This document shows positions 8,190 to 15,844 of a stretch of 64,000 bases of DNA, one piece after another. Both the position numbers and the translations under genes were made by a program. Every line of letters begins with the position of its first letter. Within the stretch, counting starts at the first letter, position 1. Below the pieces are notes generated by a model that had not been told where the DNA came from, ran no database searches, and was given only the letters and a program-made list of their open reading frames with translations. The stretch is from a virus: IMG/VR virus record IMGVR_UViG_3300042557_001775, positions 1-64,000 of that record. The stretch is one strand, 5' to 3'.

Positions 8190-9539
8190 ATGTCCGATAA
8201 ACATTCCGATTCGATTAACATCGACAACCTCCCGTGGCCGGCCGCTCGCGCCTTGGCGAAACAGCAGCTCGGCATCAAGGGCGAGTGGGTCTCCCACTGC
8301 ACCCTGCCCCGCCTCAAAGCCATGCTCAAAGGCGAGATGACCGTGGCCGACGCGCAAGCCGCTTCCCTCGCTGACCAAGCGAAGAAAGCGGGCCTCTCGC
8401 TGGGCGGCGGCATCGACGCTACTGCGCTCAAGCCGATCGAAGCCAAGCTCACCGAGCTGGCAGGTATCGTCTCGTCGCTCGACGACGAGGTGACTACGGC
8501 CAAGTCCGAAGCGGCCAAGCTCGTCGGCGACTTGCACACGGAGATGTCCGATCGACTCACCGAGTCGCACGATGCCTTCACCAAGCTGCAAGATGCCGTC
8601 ACCTCGGCGCTCGCCAGCGGCGGTTCGGCTGCGGCCAAGGTCATCGCTCCGATCCTCGGCGTGTCTGCGCCTTCCTCGTCTGACCCCGTGGTCATGGCGC
8701 TGGAAAGGTTCTGCGCTCCAGGCCGTGCGATCAAGCCGCTGCTCGTCAAGGGCGGCCAAGGCGCAGGCAAGACCTACGCTGCGCGTCAGCATGGCATGAC
8801 CGCCGGCTTTGACCGCTGCGTGGAGTTCGGTGTCCACTCCCAGACCGAGGCCGTGGACTTCCTCGGTATGATGATGCCGAGCGGCGAGTGGCTCGACGGC
8901 CCGTTGACCGAGGCGTTCCGCGCTGCGGCTCTGGGACAGCTCGTCTTGCTCATCATTGACGAGATCTATCGTGGTCAGAACGGCGCTCGCACACCGCTTC
9001 TCACGGCCACGTCTCCCGCCCGTCTGCCGAGCGGCGAGCGGGTCTATCGTCTCCGCACGGGTCGCGCCATCGTCGATCCGGTGACTGGCGTTCACACCTC
9101 CGAAATCATCGAGGCTCCTTGCCAGAACCTCGCCATCGTTGCCACGACCAACGTCGGGGCCGAGTTCAACGTCGATCCGGGCTGCCCCGCCGAGCGCGAG
9201 CGGTTCCGCCCTATCCACGTCGAGGTTGACGAGGTCAAGATCCGCGCTGTCTGCGGCGCCATCGCCACGGCCAAGGGCTTCAGCCCCTCCGTGGTTGACC
9301 GCACACTCGCCTTCTACCGCGAGTGCAACGTCCTCAAGACGGACGGGTTCATCGAACTCTGCCCGTCCACCCGCATCCTCTCCGAGGCGATCGAATACGC
9401 CGACAGCGAGGCCAACGTGAAGTCGATGCTGTGCGAACTCGGATTGCACATCTGGGTCGGCACCACCATCGAAGGCAAGCCCGAGGAAGAGCAAGTCAAG
9501 CGCGTCACCACCGCACTCGACAAGGCCTTCGGGAAATAA
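8190..9539 (+). CDS. MoxR/CobS-like AAA+ ATPase with N-terminal helical extension
   Basis: Walker A GGQGAGKT, Walker B LLIIDE, sensor ATTN and arginine-finger ERF; adjacent to the VWA gene. Confidence 0.88.
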   Translation: MSDKHSDSINIDNLPWPAARALAKQQLGIKGEWVSHCTLPRLKAMLKGEMTVADAQAASLADQAKKAGLSLGGGIDATALKPIEAKLTELAGIVSSLDDEVTTAKSEAAKLVGDLHTEMSDRLTESHDAFTKLQDAVTSALASGGSAAAKVIAPILGVSAPSSSDPVVMALERFCAPGRAIKPLLVKGGQGAGKTYAARQHGMTAGFDRCVEFGVHSQTEAVDFLGMMMPSGEWLDGPLTEAFRAAALGQLVLLIIDEIYRGQNGARTPLLTATSPARLPSGERVYRLRTGRAIVDPVTGVHTSEIIEAPCQNLAIVATTNVGAEFNVDPGCPAERERFRPIHVEVDEVKIRAVCGAIATAKGFSPSVVDRTLAFYRECNVLKTDGFIELCPSTRILSEAIEYADSEANVKSMLCELGLHIWVGTTIEGKPEEEQVKRVTTALDKAFGK

Positions 9540-9602
9540 CCTGACCACCTAACGCGTAACCGCCCTTTCCAATCTGGGAGGGGGCGGCCGCACCAAAACA
9601 CC

Positions 9603-10037
9603 ATGTTTAATTCAAGTGGATTCATCGAGGGTATCAAATCCCTCTACAATCAGGGCGTTCGTAAGATCGTCACTGATTTCAGCGGCGGAGGCGACTCCGG
9701 CGATATCAACTACATTGCGTTCTATAGCGCGGGCGGTTCGGAAAAGCTAACCGTCGAAGAGCCACTCGACTGGCGGGATGAGATGCACAACATCATCACC
9801 AGCGAGGTTCATTGCGACTGGTATAACAACGAGGGAGGCGGCGGTTCGATCGTCATCAATCTCGAAGTCAACCCGCCGACCATCGAGGTCAACTCGTATT
9901 GGAACGAGACTGTCTGCCGCGACGAGCCGACTGTGACTGACACGCTGGATCCGACGCTCGTGCTGCCGAAGCCGGCCGTTCCAGAACACGCGGCTGTCCG
10001 CGCTGCCAAGAAGCTGCCGAAACGGGAGGCCAAGTAA
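9603..10037 (+). CDS. DUF6878-like protein
   Basis: FSGGGDSG and DWYNNEGGGG motifs (family recalled, not searched). Confidence 0.65.
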   Translation: MFNSSGFIEGIKSLYNQGVRKIVTDFSGGGDSGDINYIAFYSAGGSEKLTVEEPLDWRDEMHNIITSEVHCDWYNNEGGGGSIVINLEVNPPTIEVNSYWNETVCRDEPTVTDTLDPTLVLPKPAVPEHAAVRAAKKLPKREAK

Positions 10038-10444
10038 TGCACCCCTATCACCACGCGCTCTCCAGCGCCAAGAAGTTCGGAGGCCAGCCCGAAGACTACC
10101 TCGCGATCCATCACTGGTTCGACGAGTCGAAGGAACAGTTCGCCAACTTCCGCCATCGTGCGCTGCGTCATCACGCGCAGGGCATCTACGAGTGTGAGCG
10201 CAAGTTCGGCATCACCATGACCAACTCGGACGGGCGCACGTTGCCTGTCCGTTACATCGGCGAGCAGCACGTCAACGAGGACATCGGGTTCATCCCGTCC
10301 CTCCAAGACTGGCTCTCCGCCATCGTCCCAGAGCCGTGGATGCGGAGTCGCCCCCATGGCGTGGACAAGAACACCGAGGACGAGGCCGTCAATCGACGGA
10401 CTGTCCGCAAAACCAACACAACCAAGAAGGAGATCAAACTATGA
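10037..10444 (+). CDS. DUF6915-like His-rich protein
   Basis: MHPYHHALSS..KFGG, HHWFDESK, HRALRHH and EQHVNED motifs; TAATG coupling. Confidence 0.75.
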   Translation: MHPYHHALSSAKKFGGQPEDYLAIHHWFDESKEQFANFRHRALRHHAQGIYECERKFGITMTNSDGRTLPVRYIGEQHVNEDIGFIPSLQDWLSAIVPEPWMRSRPHGVDKNTEDEAVNRRTVRKTNTTKKEIKL

Positions 10445-10692
10445 GATTAGTGAAATTCACCCGAGTTGACTCGAACAGCGGCGACGAGGGCTTGATCTGG
10501 ATCAACCCAGAGCAGGTCGCTCGCGTCATTCCAAAGGCTTCCGTCTCCGAGACGCCGAAAGTCGCTTACGCAAACACCCGCATCTCTGTCGCCGGCACGT
10601 CGATTGCGTTCTGGGTCAAGGAGACGCCCGACGAAGTCGTCGCTGCGTTGACTGGCTCACCCGTTGCCGTCCGGTTGGCGGCGAAACTCTAA
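10441..10692 (+). CDS. FlbD/SwrD-like small protein (83 aa)
   Basis: KFTR...IWINPEQV...VKETPDEV pattern; AAGGAG RBS. Confidence 0.55.
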   Translation: MRLVKFTRVDSNSGDEGLIWINPEQVARVIPKASVSETPKVAYANTRISVAGTSIAFWVKETPDEVVAALTGSPVAVRLAAKL

Positions 10693-10711
10693 CCAGAAAG
10701 GAAAACATATC

Positions 10712-10945
10712 ATGTTACAGATCATACAACGTCCCCTCCTCACCGGAGGGCTTGAAACCGAATACCTCGAAGTCCCCTCGCCCGAGGAGATTGCTGCCGA
10801 GGTCGAACGCATCGAGTTCGAGCGCAACTCGTGGGCGCGCAAACGCTACGCAGCGTTCGCCAACTACGACGTGGACACGCTCACGTTCGACGATGAACCC
10901 GGCCACATTGTCCCAGACCATGAACCCGTGGAGGAATTCCTATGA
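10712..10945 (+). CDS. Acidic hypothetical protein (77 aa)
   Basis: AAGGA RBS before the ATG at 10712. Confidence 0.7.
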   Translation: MLQIIQRPLLTGGLETEYLEVPSPEEIAAEVERIEFERNSWARKRYAAFANYDVDTLTFDDEPGHIVPDHEPVEEFL

Positions 10946-11253
10946 GCATCATGGACATCATGGAAGACATCAAACAAAACGTCGATTCGCTGCTCGTAGA
11001 CCGGCAGTCCAAGCGAGTTCTGGCGATGCACGATCTCTCTCGCAGGGAGCCGAGCTACGAGCGCGGCTGTTTCGGGAAGGCGGATCTCGGACGTAGTTAC
11101 GTCCGGCAAGCAGATCGAATCAGCCGTAAACGTCATAAACACTACGGCGTCTACCGCTGTCCGCATTGCGGCGGCACTCACCTGACAACCAAACTGGAGA
11201 ATCGGGGGCAATACGCACCGCTTCTCTACATCACAACAACGAAAGGAAACTAA
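10942..11253 (+). CDS. Zinc-ribbon phage protein
   Basis: YRCPHCGGTHLT motif. Confidence 0.75.
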   Translation: MSIMDIMEDIKQNVDSLLVDRQSKRVLAMHDLSRREPSYERGCFGKADLGRSYVRQADRISRKRHKHYGVYRCPHCGGTHLTTKLENRGQYAPLLYITTTKGN

Positions 11254-11257
11254 AACC

Positions 11258-11506
11258 ATGATTAAAATCGATACCGAGTCCACCCTCTACGTCTGCACCG
11301 ATGGGACAAACGCCGAGGTTCACATCATTGCCCCCAAGCGCACCACGCTTGCGGAAGCAATCGCGGGGATCACAACCAGTAGCTACGAACACATTGAGCA
11401 TCTCCGCCTCGACGACCCTGATCCCTACGGGCCTCACTGCACTGACGCGGCGATCTTCAAGCTGCTGTGCGAGTCGGATATGGAACACCACACGTTCGAC
11501 ATCTAA
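11258..11506 (+). CDS. Hypothetical protein (82 aa)
   Basis: AAGGA RBS; continues the operon. Confidence 0.7.
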   Translation: MIKIDTESTLYVCTDGTNAEVHIIAPKRTTLAEAIAGITTSSYEHIEHLRLDDPDPYGPHCTDAAIFKLLCESDMEHHTFDI

Positions 11507-11526
11507 CCACCAACGAAAGGAAACAA

Positions 11527-11685
11527 ATGAAAGACAAAATCACCAAACTCATCCACGACTACGAAAAGCGACTGAGGGAAAAGAACACTTTCCTTCAGAA
11601 AACGCACAACTCACACGTTGAAGGCATCGCCATTCAACTCGCAGAAACCCTAAAGGATTTGAAGCGGATCGTATCCGAACAATAG
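11527..11685 (+). CDS. Hypothetical protein (52 aa)
   Basis: AAGGA RBS before the ATG at 11527. Confidence 0.6.
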   Translation: MKDKITKLIHDYEKRLREKNTFLQKTHNSHVEGIAIQLAETLKDLKRIVSEQ

Positions 11686-11697
11686 AAAGGAACTACC

Positions 11698-11949
11698 ATG
11701 AGTAACTACGAAACCCTCAAAGAGGTAATCGGAAAGTATCACGATGACGCGAAAAAGAAGCTCATCGAAAACAACGGCGAAATCGAAATCTTGCGAAAGA
11801 GATCAGCCGACCGCCACAGCAGATACCAAGTCGCGCCCAACGCAATGTTGGCCGAGGCGGACGAACGCTACAAGTTGGAGATCCGCGCCGAGTATTATCG
11901 CGGCATAGCTGACTTCTCGCGTGATCTGATTCGGAGGTTCAGCGTATGA
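11698..11949 (+). CDS. Hypothetical protein (83 aa)
   Basis: AAGGA RBS; helical composition. Confidence 0.7.
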   Translation: MSNYETLKEVIGKYHDDAKKKLIENNGEIEILRKRSADRHSRYQVAPNAMLAEADERYKLEIRAEYYRGIADFSRDLIRRFSV

Positions 11950-12110
11950 TCTCGTTTCAACAACAAGGCGAGTTACGATGGCTCCAGATCGGGCGCGGAA
12001 AGCCTCGCCTTGAGCTATATCTGCGTGGCTGGCATTGGGCGTGGCGCGACTACGGCTCTGTCCTCACAATCGCTATTCCCGGCCTCGTTCTTCGCTGGCT
12101 GCGGTATTGA
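11946..12110 (+). CDS. Trp-rich hypothetical protein (54 aa)
   Basis: ATGA overlap with the upstream stop; fills the gap; not in the ORF track. Confidence 0.5.
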   Translation: MISFQQQGELRWLQIGRGKPRLELYLRGWHWAWRDYGSVLTIAIPGLVLRWLRY

Positions 12111-12147
12111 TTGAACGATTAATAACCTTGCATAGTCTTAACCCTTA

Positions 12148-12459
12148 ATGGAGAAACAAACCATGAAATATCGTGAACACAACGGCCCTCTGCTGGCCCC
12201 CGAGAACTACATCCACCTCTGGAAAGCAGCGTCCAAACCCAAAGCGGAACCCAAGGCCTACGTCTGCCGTGACCTGTGGCGCCGCCTCACTACTGCCCTG
12301 CTGGCCGGAGCCAAGCTCCTGATGCTTGCAGCATGTAGCCCGAAGCCTGAATCCCCTGCCCTCGATCCGCTGGATCTGGTATGGGTTCAGCCCGAATCGG
12401 CCCGTGAGGAACGGGCCAAGACCCTTCCCAGAGTGGAAGGCAATCCGTTTCAACTCTAA
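12148..12459 (+). CDS. Hypothetical protein with internal lipobox-like LAAC
   Basis: ORF in the operon; hydrophobic stretch followed by LAACS. Confidence 0.6.
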   Translation: MEKQTMKYREHNGPLLAPENYIHLWKAASKPKAEPKAYVCRDLWRRLTTALLAGAKLLMLAACSPKPESPALDPLDLVWVQPESAREERAKTLPRVEGNPFQL

Positions 12460-12474
12460 CCCACTAATACTCAT

Positions 12475-12720
12475 ATGTTTCCAATCGAACAAACCAAACC
12501 ACCTCGGGAGACTGTGATCCGAGTCAAAACCGAGAACTTCATCAACAAGGCTGCCTGCAAAAAGTTCCTCATGGACTACGCGAAGGGCAACCGATACCAC
12601 TCGTTTACCTGTTTTGACTCCGGTATTTACGACGAACTCAACGGCCTCTTGCGCCGGTATATGCAGGGCATCGTGAAGCGCCAGCCGAGTAGCGGCCGAA
12701 CCCTGAGATCGAACCGCTGA
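12475..12720 (+). CDS. Hypothetical protein (81 aa)
   Basis: ORF in the operon with protein-like composition. Confidence 0.7.
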   Translation: MFPIEQTKPPRETVIRVKTENFINKAACKKFLMDYAKGNRYHSFTCFDSGIYDELNGLLRRYMQGIVKRQPSSGRTLRSNR

Positions 12721-12829
12721 CCAGATTAGGGATTGCGGCGGAGTGGTTCTTCTCTGGTCATTATCATCCCCTGTCCAGTAACCGCATAAAAGCTGGACAC
12801 TTTTCATAACCGTGCTACCTTCCTACCTC

Positions 12830-13201
12830 ATGCAAGTGACGGCAACCGAGCGCACCTTCGGCCTGAAGGTCAGGGTTAAAGTCGGGGGCGACGAATCCTC
12901 GGCATGGCGGTCGGCGACTAAGTTCACCGACACATTAGCCACCGAGGAGGAGAGCGGCGACGCAGCGGGCTGGGCCCTCCACAACGCTGACCGAGCCTTT
13001 ATTTGGCTCGAGTCATGGCCCGAGTCGCGGAGCAAAGGGAACAGCAAGAACCTGACCCACGAGTGCGTCCATGTCGCCATGAGCTTCCTGCGGGACCATG
13101 TCCGCGAAGACATCCGCAAAGCCGAAGAGACATGCTGCTACCTCGTGCAGCACTTGGTCGATGAAATCGAACACAAACTCAACCAGCGAAAAAAACAATG
13201 A
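12830..13201 (+). CDS. HExxH metallopeptidase-like protein
   Basis: LTHECVHVA followed by EETCCY; ATG 12830 chosen downstream of an ATAACC-N5-ACC motif. Confidence 0.7.
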   Translation: MQVTATERTFGLKVRVKVGGDESSAWRSATKFTDTLATEEESGDAAGWALHNADRAFIWLESWPESRSKGNSKNLTHECVHVAMSFLRDHVREDIRKAEETCCYLVQHLVDEIEHKLNQRKKQ

Positions 13202-13467
13202 ATAAAGAAACTTTATGGGGGCTTCTAATCCAGAACAACCCCCGCCTTACCGACGATCCTCATCTGACACCCGAGAGCGCACGGCGCTTTTTCGACATGG
13301 TTTGGAACACGGCCTACGGAGCCGGATGCAAGGACATGATCGATCGCCAGCATGAGATTGCGGAGAACAGCGACGAGCCCACTCAGCAAGATTTTATCAA
13401 GTTCCTTGTGGACGCACTTGAACGACTTACCGATGAAAGCCCGAATCCGAAAAAAAAGAAACACTGA
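13198..13467 (+). CDS. Hypothetical protein (89 aa)
   Basis: ATGA overlap with the upstream gene. Confidence 0.7.
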   Translation: MNKETLWGLLIQNNPRLTDDPHLTPESARRFFDMVWNTAYGAGCKDMIDRQHEIAENSDEPTQQDFIKFLVDALERLTDESPNPKKKKH

Positions 13468-13660
13468 CCCCGCTCAGAGCGACGGCGAAGTCGCGTGGCG
13501 GCGACGTTACATCGAGCTTTATGACCAGCAGTGCAACGCCTACGACGCGCACCGCTTGTGCCTTGAGGCTATCGACGCAAATGAATCCGAACGTGCTGCC
13601 GAGCTGCTTGAAGGGTTGGTCGCCGCTCACGAAGAAGAGGTTCGGCAATTGGTCAAATGA
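13433..13660 (+). CDS. Hypothetical protein (75 aa)
   Basis: In-frame ATG overlapping the end of the upstream gene. Confidence 0.6.
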   Translation: MKARIRKKRNTDPAQSDGEVAWRRRYIELYDQQCNAYDAHRLCLEAIDANESERAAELLEGLVAAHEEEVRQLVK

Positions 13661-13696
13661 AACGCACTAAACTGCTAATTATAGATAAGTTGTTAC

Positions 13697-13963
13697 ATGG
13701 CTACTTATAAAGGCAAACAAGTCTCGCTGTATAAGCCCCGCAAAATGAAGGGGATTACTCCGGCTGGTAAAAAGAAATCTGTCTTCGTCCCCGGGAAAAA
13801 AGAGGGAACGGCAAAAGTCGTTCACTTTGGGGACTCCTCGATGTCGGACTACACGCAGCACCGAGACAAGAAGCGCCGCGCCAATTTTCATTCGCGGCAC
13901 AACTGCGCCGACAAGAAGGACAAAACCAAGGCGGGGTACTGGGCCTGTAAGAATTTATGGTGA
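13697..13963 (+). CDS. Basic viral protein (DUF5754-like)
   Basis: KVVHFGD..MSDYTQHRD..RR.NF..RH...AGYWA...LW pattern, widespread in viruses. Confidence 0.7.
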   Translation: MATYKGKQVSLYKPRKMKGITPAGKKKSVFVPGKKEGTAKVVHFGDSSMSDYTQHRDKKRRANFHSRHNCADKKDKTKAGYWACKNLW

Positions 13964-14139
13964 ACTACCCCGATTGGATTTGCTCCGATTGCGGACGCAA
14001 GTATGGCAAGCGGCCCGAGGGGAATCCGCATGGAGCGACCTATCACGAAGACACCTGCGGCGTTTGCGGCGAGGTGACCGAAGTGACCGAACCAAGAGAC
14101 TACGGACATTTGAAGCATGACTGGCAAACAGCCAACTAG
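13957..14139 (+). CDS. Small zinc-finger protein
   Basis: CSDC and CGVC motifs. Confidence 0.7.
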   Translation: MVNYPDWICSDCGRKYGKRPEGNPHGATYHEDTCGVCGEVTEVTEPRDYGHLKHDWQTAN

Positions 14140-14656
14140 ACACTACCGGATCAAGGCCGATTGGTCCGCCATGCGTCTTGCTTATCTGCAAGGCGAGACG
14201 TTCCGCGCTATCTCCGCCACCTACGGGGTCAAAGAGAACACCATCCGGAGCCGCGCTTCCCGCGAGAAGTGGCACGTTCCTCCGGCGCGGGTGATGACGA
14301 CGCCCGAGGACAACGCCCTTTCCCTCCAGCGCGCCCATGAGATTTGGCAGCAGCGCAAAGAGCGGGTCAAGGAAAGCGAATACAAGATCGCCGAGCGCAT
14401 CTTGGCCCACGCTGAGACGATGCCGGAGGATCAACTCATCAACAAGGCGGACAAGATCAAGATCGGGGTCGATATCGGCCGGCGTTCCGTCGGCATGGAC
14501 GTCGAACAGAAGGACGTCAACGCGGTAAACATCGCCATTCTGGGAGACGTGGACGCCGAGTCTCTCAAGGCCATGAGCTACGACGCTCCGGCGGGACCGA
14601 TGGCTCTTCCAGAGGTTCCCGAAACCAACTTCGGGGGCCCAGACCAAGAACCATGA
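14117..14656 (+). CDS. HTH protein, terminase small subunit-like
   Basis: N-terminal W..MR..YLQG.TFRAISATYGVKENTIRSRASREKW HTH followed by helical segments. Confidence 0.6.
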   Translation: MTGKQPTRHYRIKADWSAMRLAYLQGETFRAISATYGVKENTIRSRASREKWHVPPARVMTTPEDNALSLQRAHEIWQQRKERVKESEYKIAERILAHAETMPEDQLINKADKIKIGVDIGRRSVGMDVEQKDVNAVNIAILGDVDAESLKAMSYDAPAGPMALPEVPETNFGGPDQEP

Positions 14657-14808
14657 AGCTCGTTCCGCTGCTGATCACGACCATCTGCTATTTGCTCACC
14701 GCCTGGGGCTTTTATCGAGACGGCCAGCTCGGCCTCTGTTGGGCCTTCCTCGGATATTCAATCGCAAATTTGGGATTCATCTACATCTGCATCTGGGGCA
14801 GCCCTTAA
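14653..14808 (+). CDS. Small two-TM membrane protein (51 aa)
   Basis: ATGA overlap; MKLVPLLITTICYLL...GYSIANLG. Confidence 0.65.
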   Translation: MKLVPLLITTICYLLTAWGFYRDGQLGLCWAFLGYSIANLGFIYICIWGSP

Positions 14809-14812
14809 CTTT

Positions 14813-15136
14813 ATGTCTGAAAACAACACCGAAACCACTGAAATCGCCAGCATCGAGAAGACGGAATATATTACGTCGCATCTGATGACGCTGGTGGGAA
14901 ACTACCTCGCCAAGAAAGACCGCTCCGAGTTTGCCGAGTCCGACGAATTGTTGGCCTCGCTCTTCTCGCAGCAAGCGATCCTGCTTATGGCCGTCAACGC
15001 GGTCCCGCACGACGTCCGTAAGGTTCTGGGAGAGGCCATCGACGCAGAAGTCGTGAAGCTCGGCGAAGTTCCCGAGGAGCCCAAGCCGAAGGAAGCTCCG
15101 TCGAATCTAATCGTCCCAGACCGATTCGAGTCGTGA
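14813..15136 (+). CDS. Hypothetical protein (107 aa), last gene of the + operon
   Basis: Converges on the late operon at 15136/15158. Confidence 0.75.
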   Translation: MSENNTETTEIASIEKTEYITSHLMTLVGNYLAKKDRSEFAESDELLASLFSQQAILLMAVNAVPHDVRKVLGEAIDAEVVKLGEVPEEPKPKEAPSNLIVPDRFES

Positions 15137-15157
15137 GCGAGAGCTTCTCTGCGCTGC

Positions 15158-15844
15158 TTATCCTTCTTGGGACGCTGGCGTTTCTGGCTGCTGTTGCGAG
15201 CTACCAGAAGTATTGAGCCAGCACCAAGAGGGAAAGCGGTAACCTTCGCTGGCCTTCTCGGCCACGTCTTGGGGCAGCCACACCTTTGCCTTGAGGTTGC
15301 AGCCGCACACGCCGCAGTTGGCAAGGCTGGCGTCCCGCACTGTTTGGCGCGCTCCGATGATTGAGAAGATCGTCGAGGCCAGATTGGTGCAGACGAAGCA
15401 TCCACTCATCCCCACGTTCAGGGGACAGGACGCGCAGGTGATTGCTCGTCGATTGGCGGTCTCTTCGTCTACCAATCCTTTCTCTCCCAGAGCGGCGCGG
15501 ACCGCCCCCAGAAAGCGCATGACGTCGTCGATGTTGAATTCCTTTTTTAACCCGACATCGCTGAGCAATTCACTTGCCTCAGAGTCGCGAGCTGCGAGTT
15601 CCTCTTCGGACAGTAGCGGCTGGCATCGTCCCAGATCTTGCTTGGCGCAGGTGAAGTTCTCGATGTCCTGGCGCGGGTTGCCGGCGGGCAAATTGTTCGC
15701 CGCCCGGTGATCACTCACCTGCCCCACGACGAGGTCGAGGATGTTGTTCTGGAACCGGCACTCGGTCTCCGGCTGGATGTATTGCCACCCCCCTCTGGGA
15801 AGAAGCGATGCGTCGTTCCATGCGTAGTTGGTCGCGGCGTTCAT
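15158..15844 (-). CDS. Cys-rich protein (DUF6171-like)
   Basis: CASCP, CFVC and CGVCGC..KAKVW motifs; ATGA overlap with the giant gene. Confidence 0.75.
   Translation of the reverse strand: MNAATNYAWNDASLLPRGGWQYIQPETECRFQNNILDLVVGQVSDHRAANNLPAGNPRQDIENFTCAKQDLGRCQPLLSEEELAARDSEASELLSDVGLKKEFNIDDVMRFLGAVRAALGEKGLVDEETANRRAITCASCPLNVGMSGCFVCTNLASTIFSIIGARQTVRDASLANCGVCGCNLKAKVWLPQDVAEKASEGYRFPSWCWLNTSGSSQQQPETPASQEG

Noticed and set aside
6328-9548. Long antisense ORFs (6328-7596, 8142-9548) and similar ones opposite the capsid, portal, terL and int genes
   Set aside because: These are shadows of strongly codon-biased GC-rich genes and carry no recognisable motifs.
12772-12799. preQ1-I riboswitch
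   Set aside because: The A-run is inside the hairpin loop rather than a 3' tail, and no queuosine gene follows.
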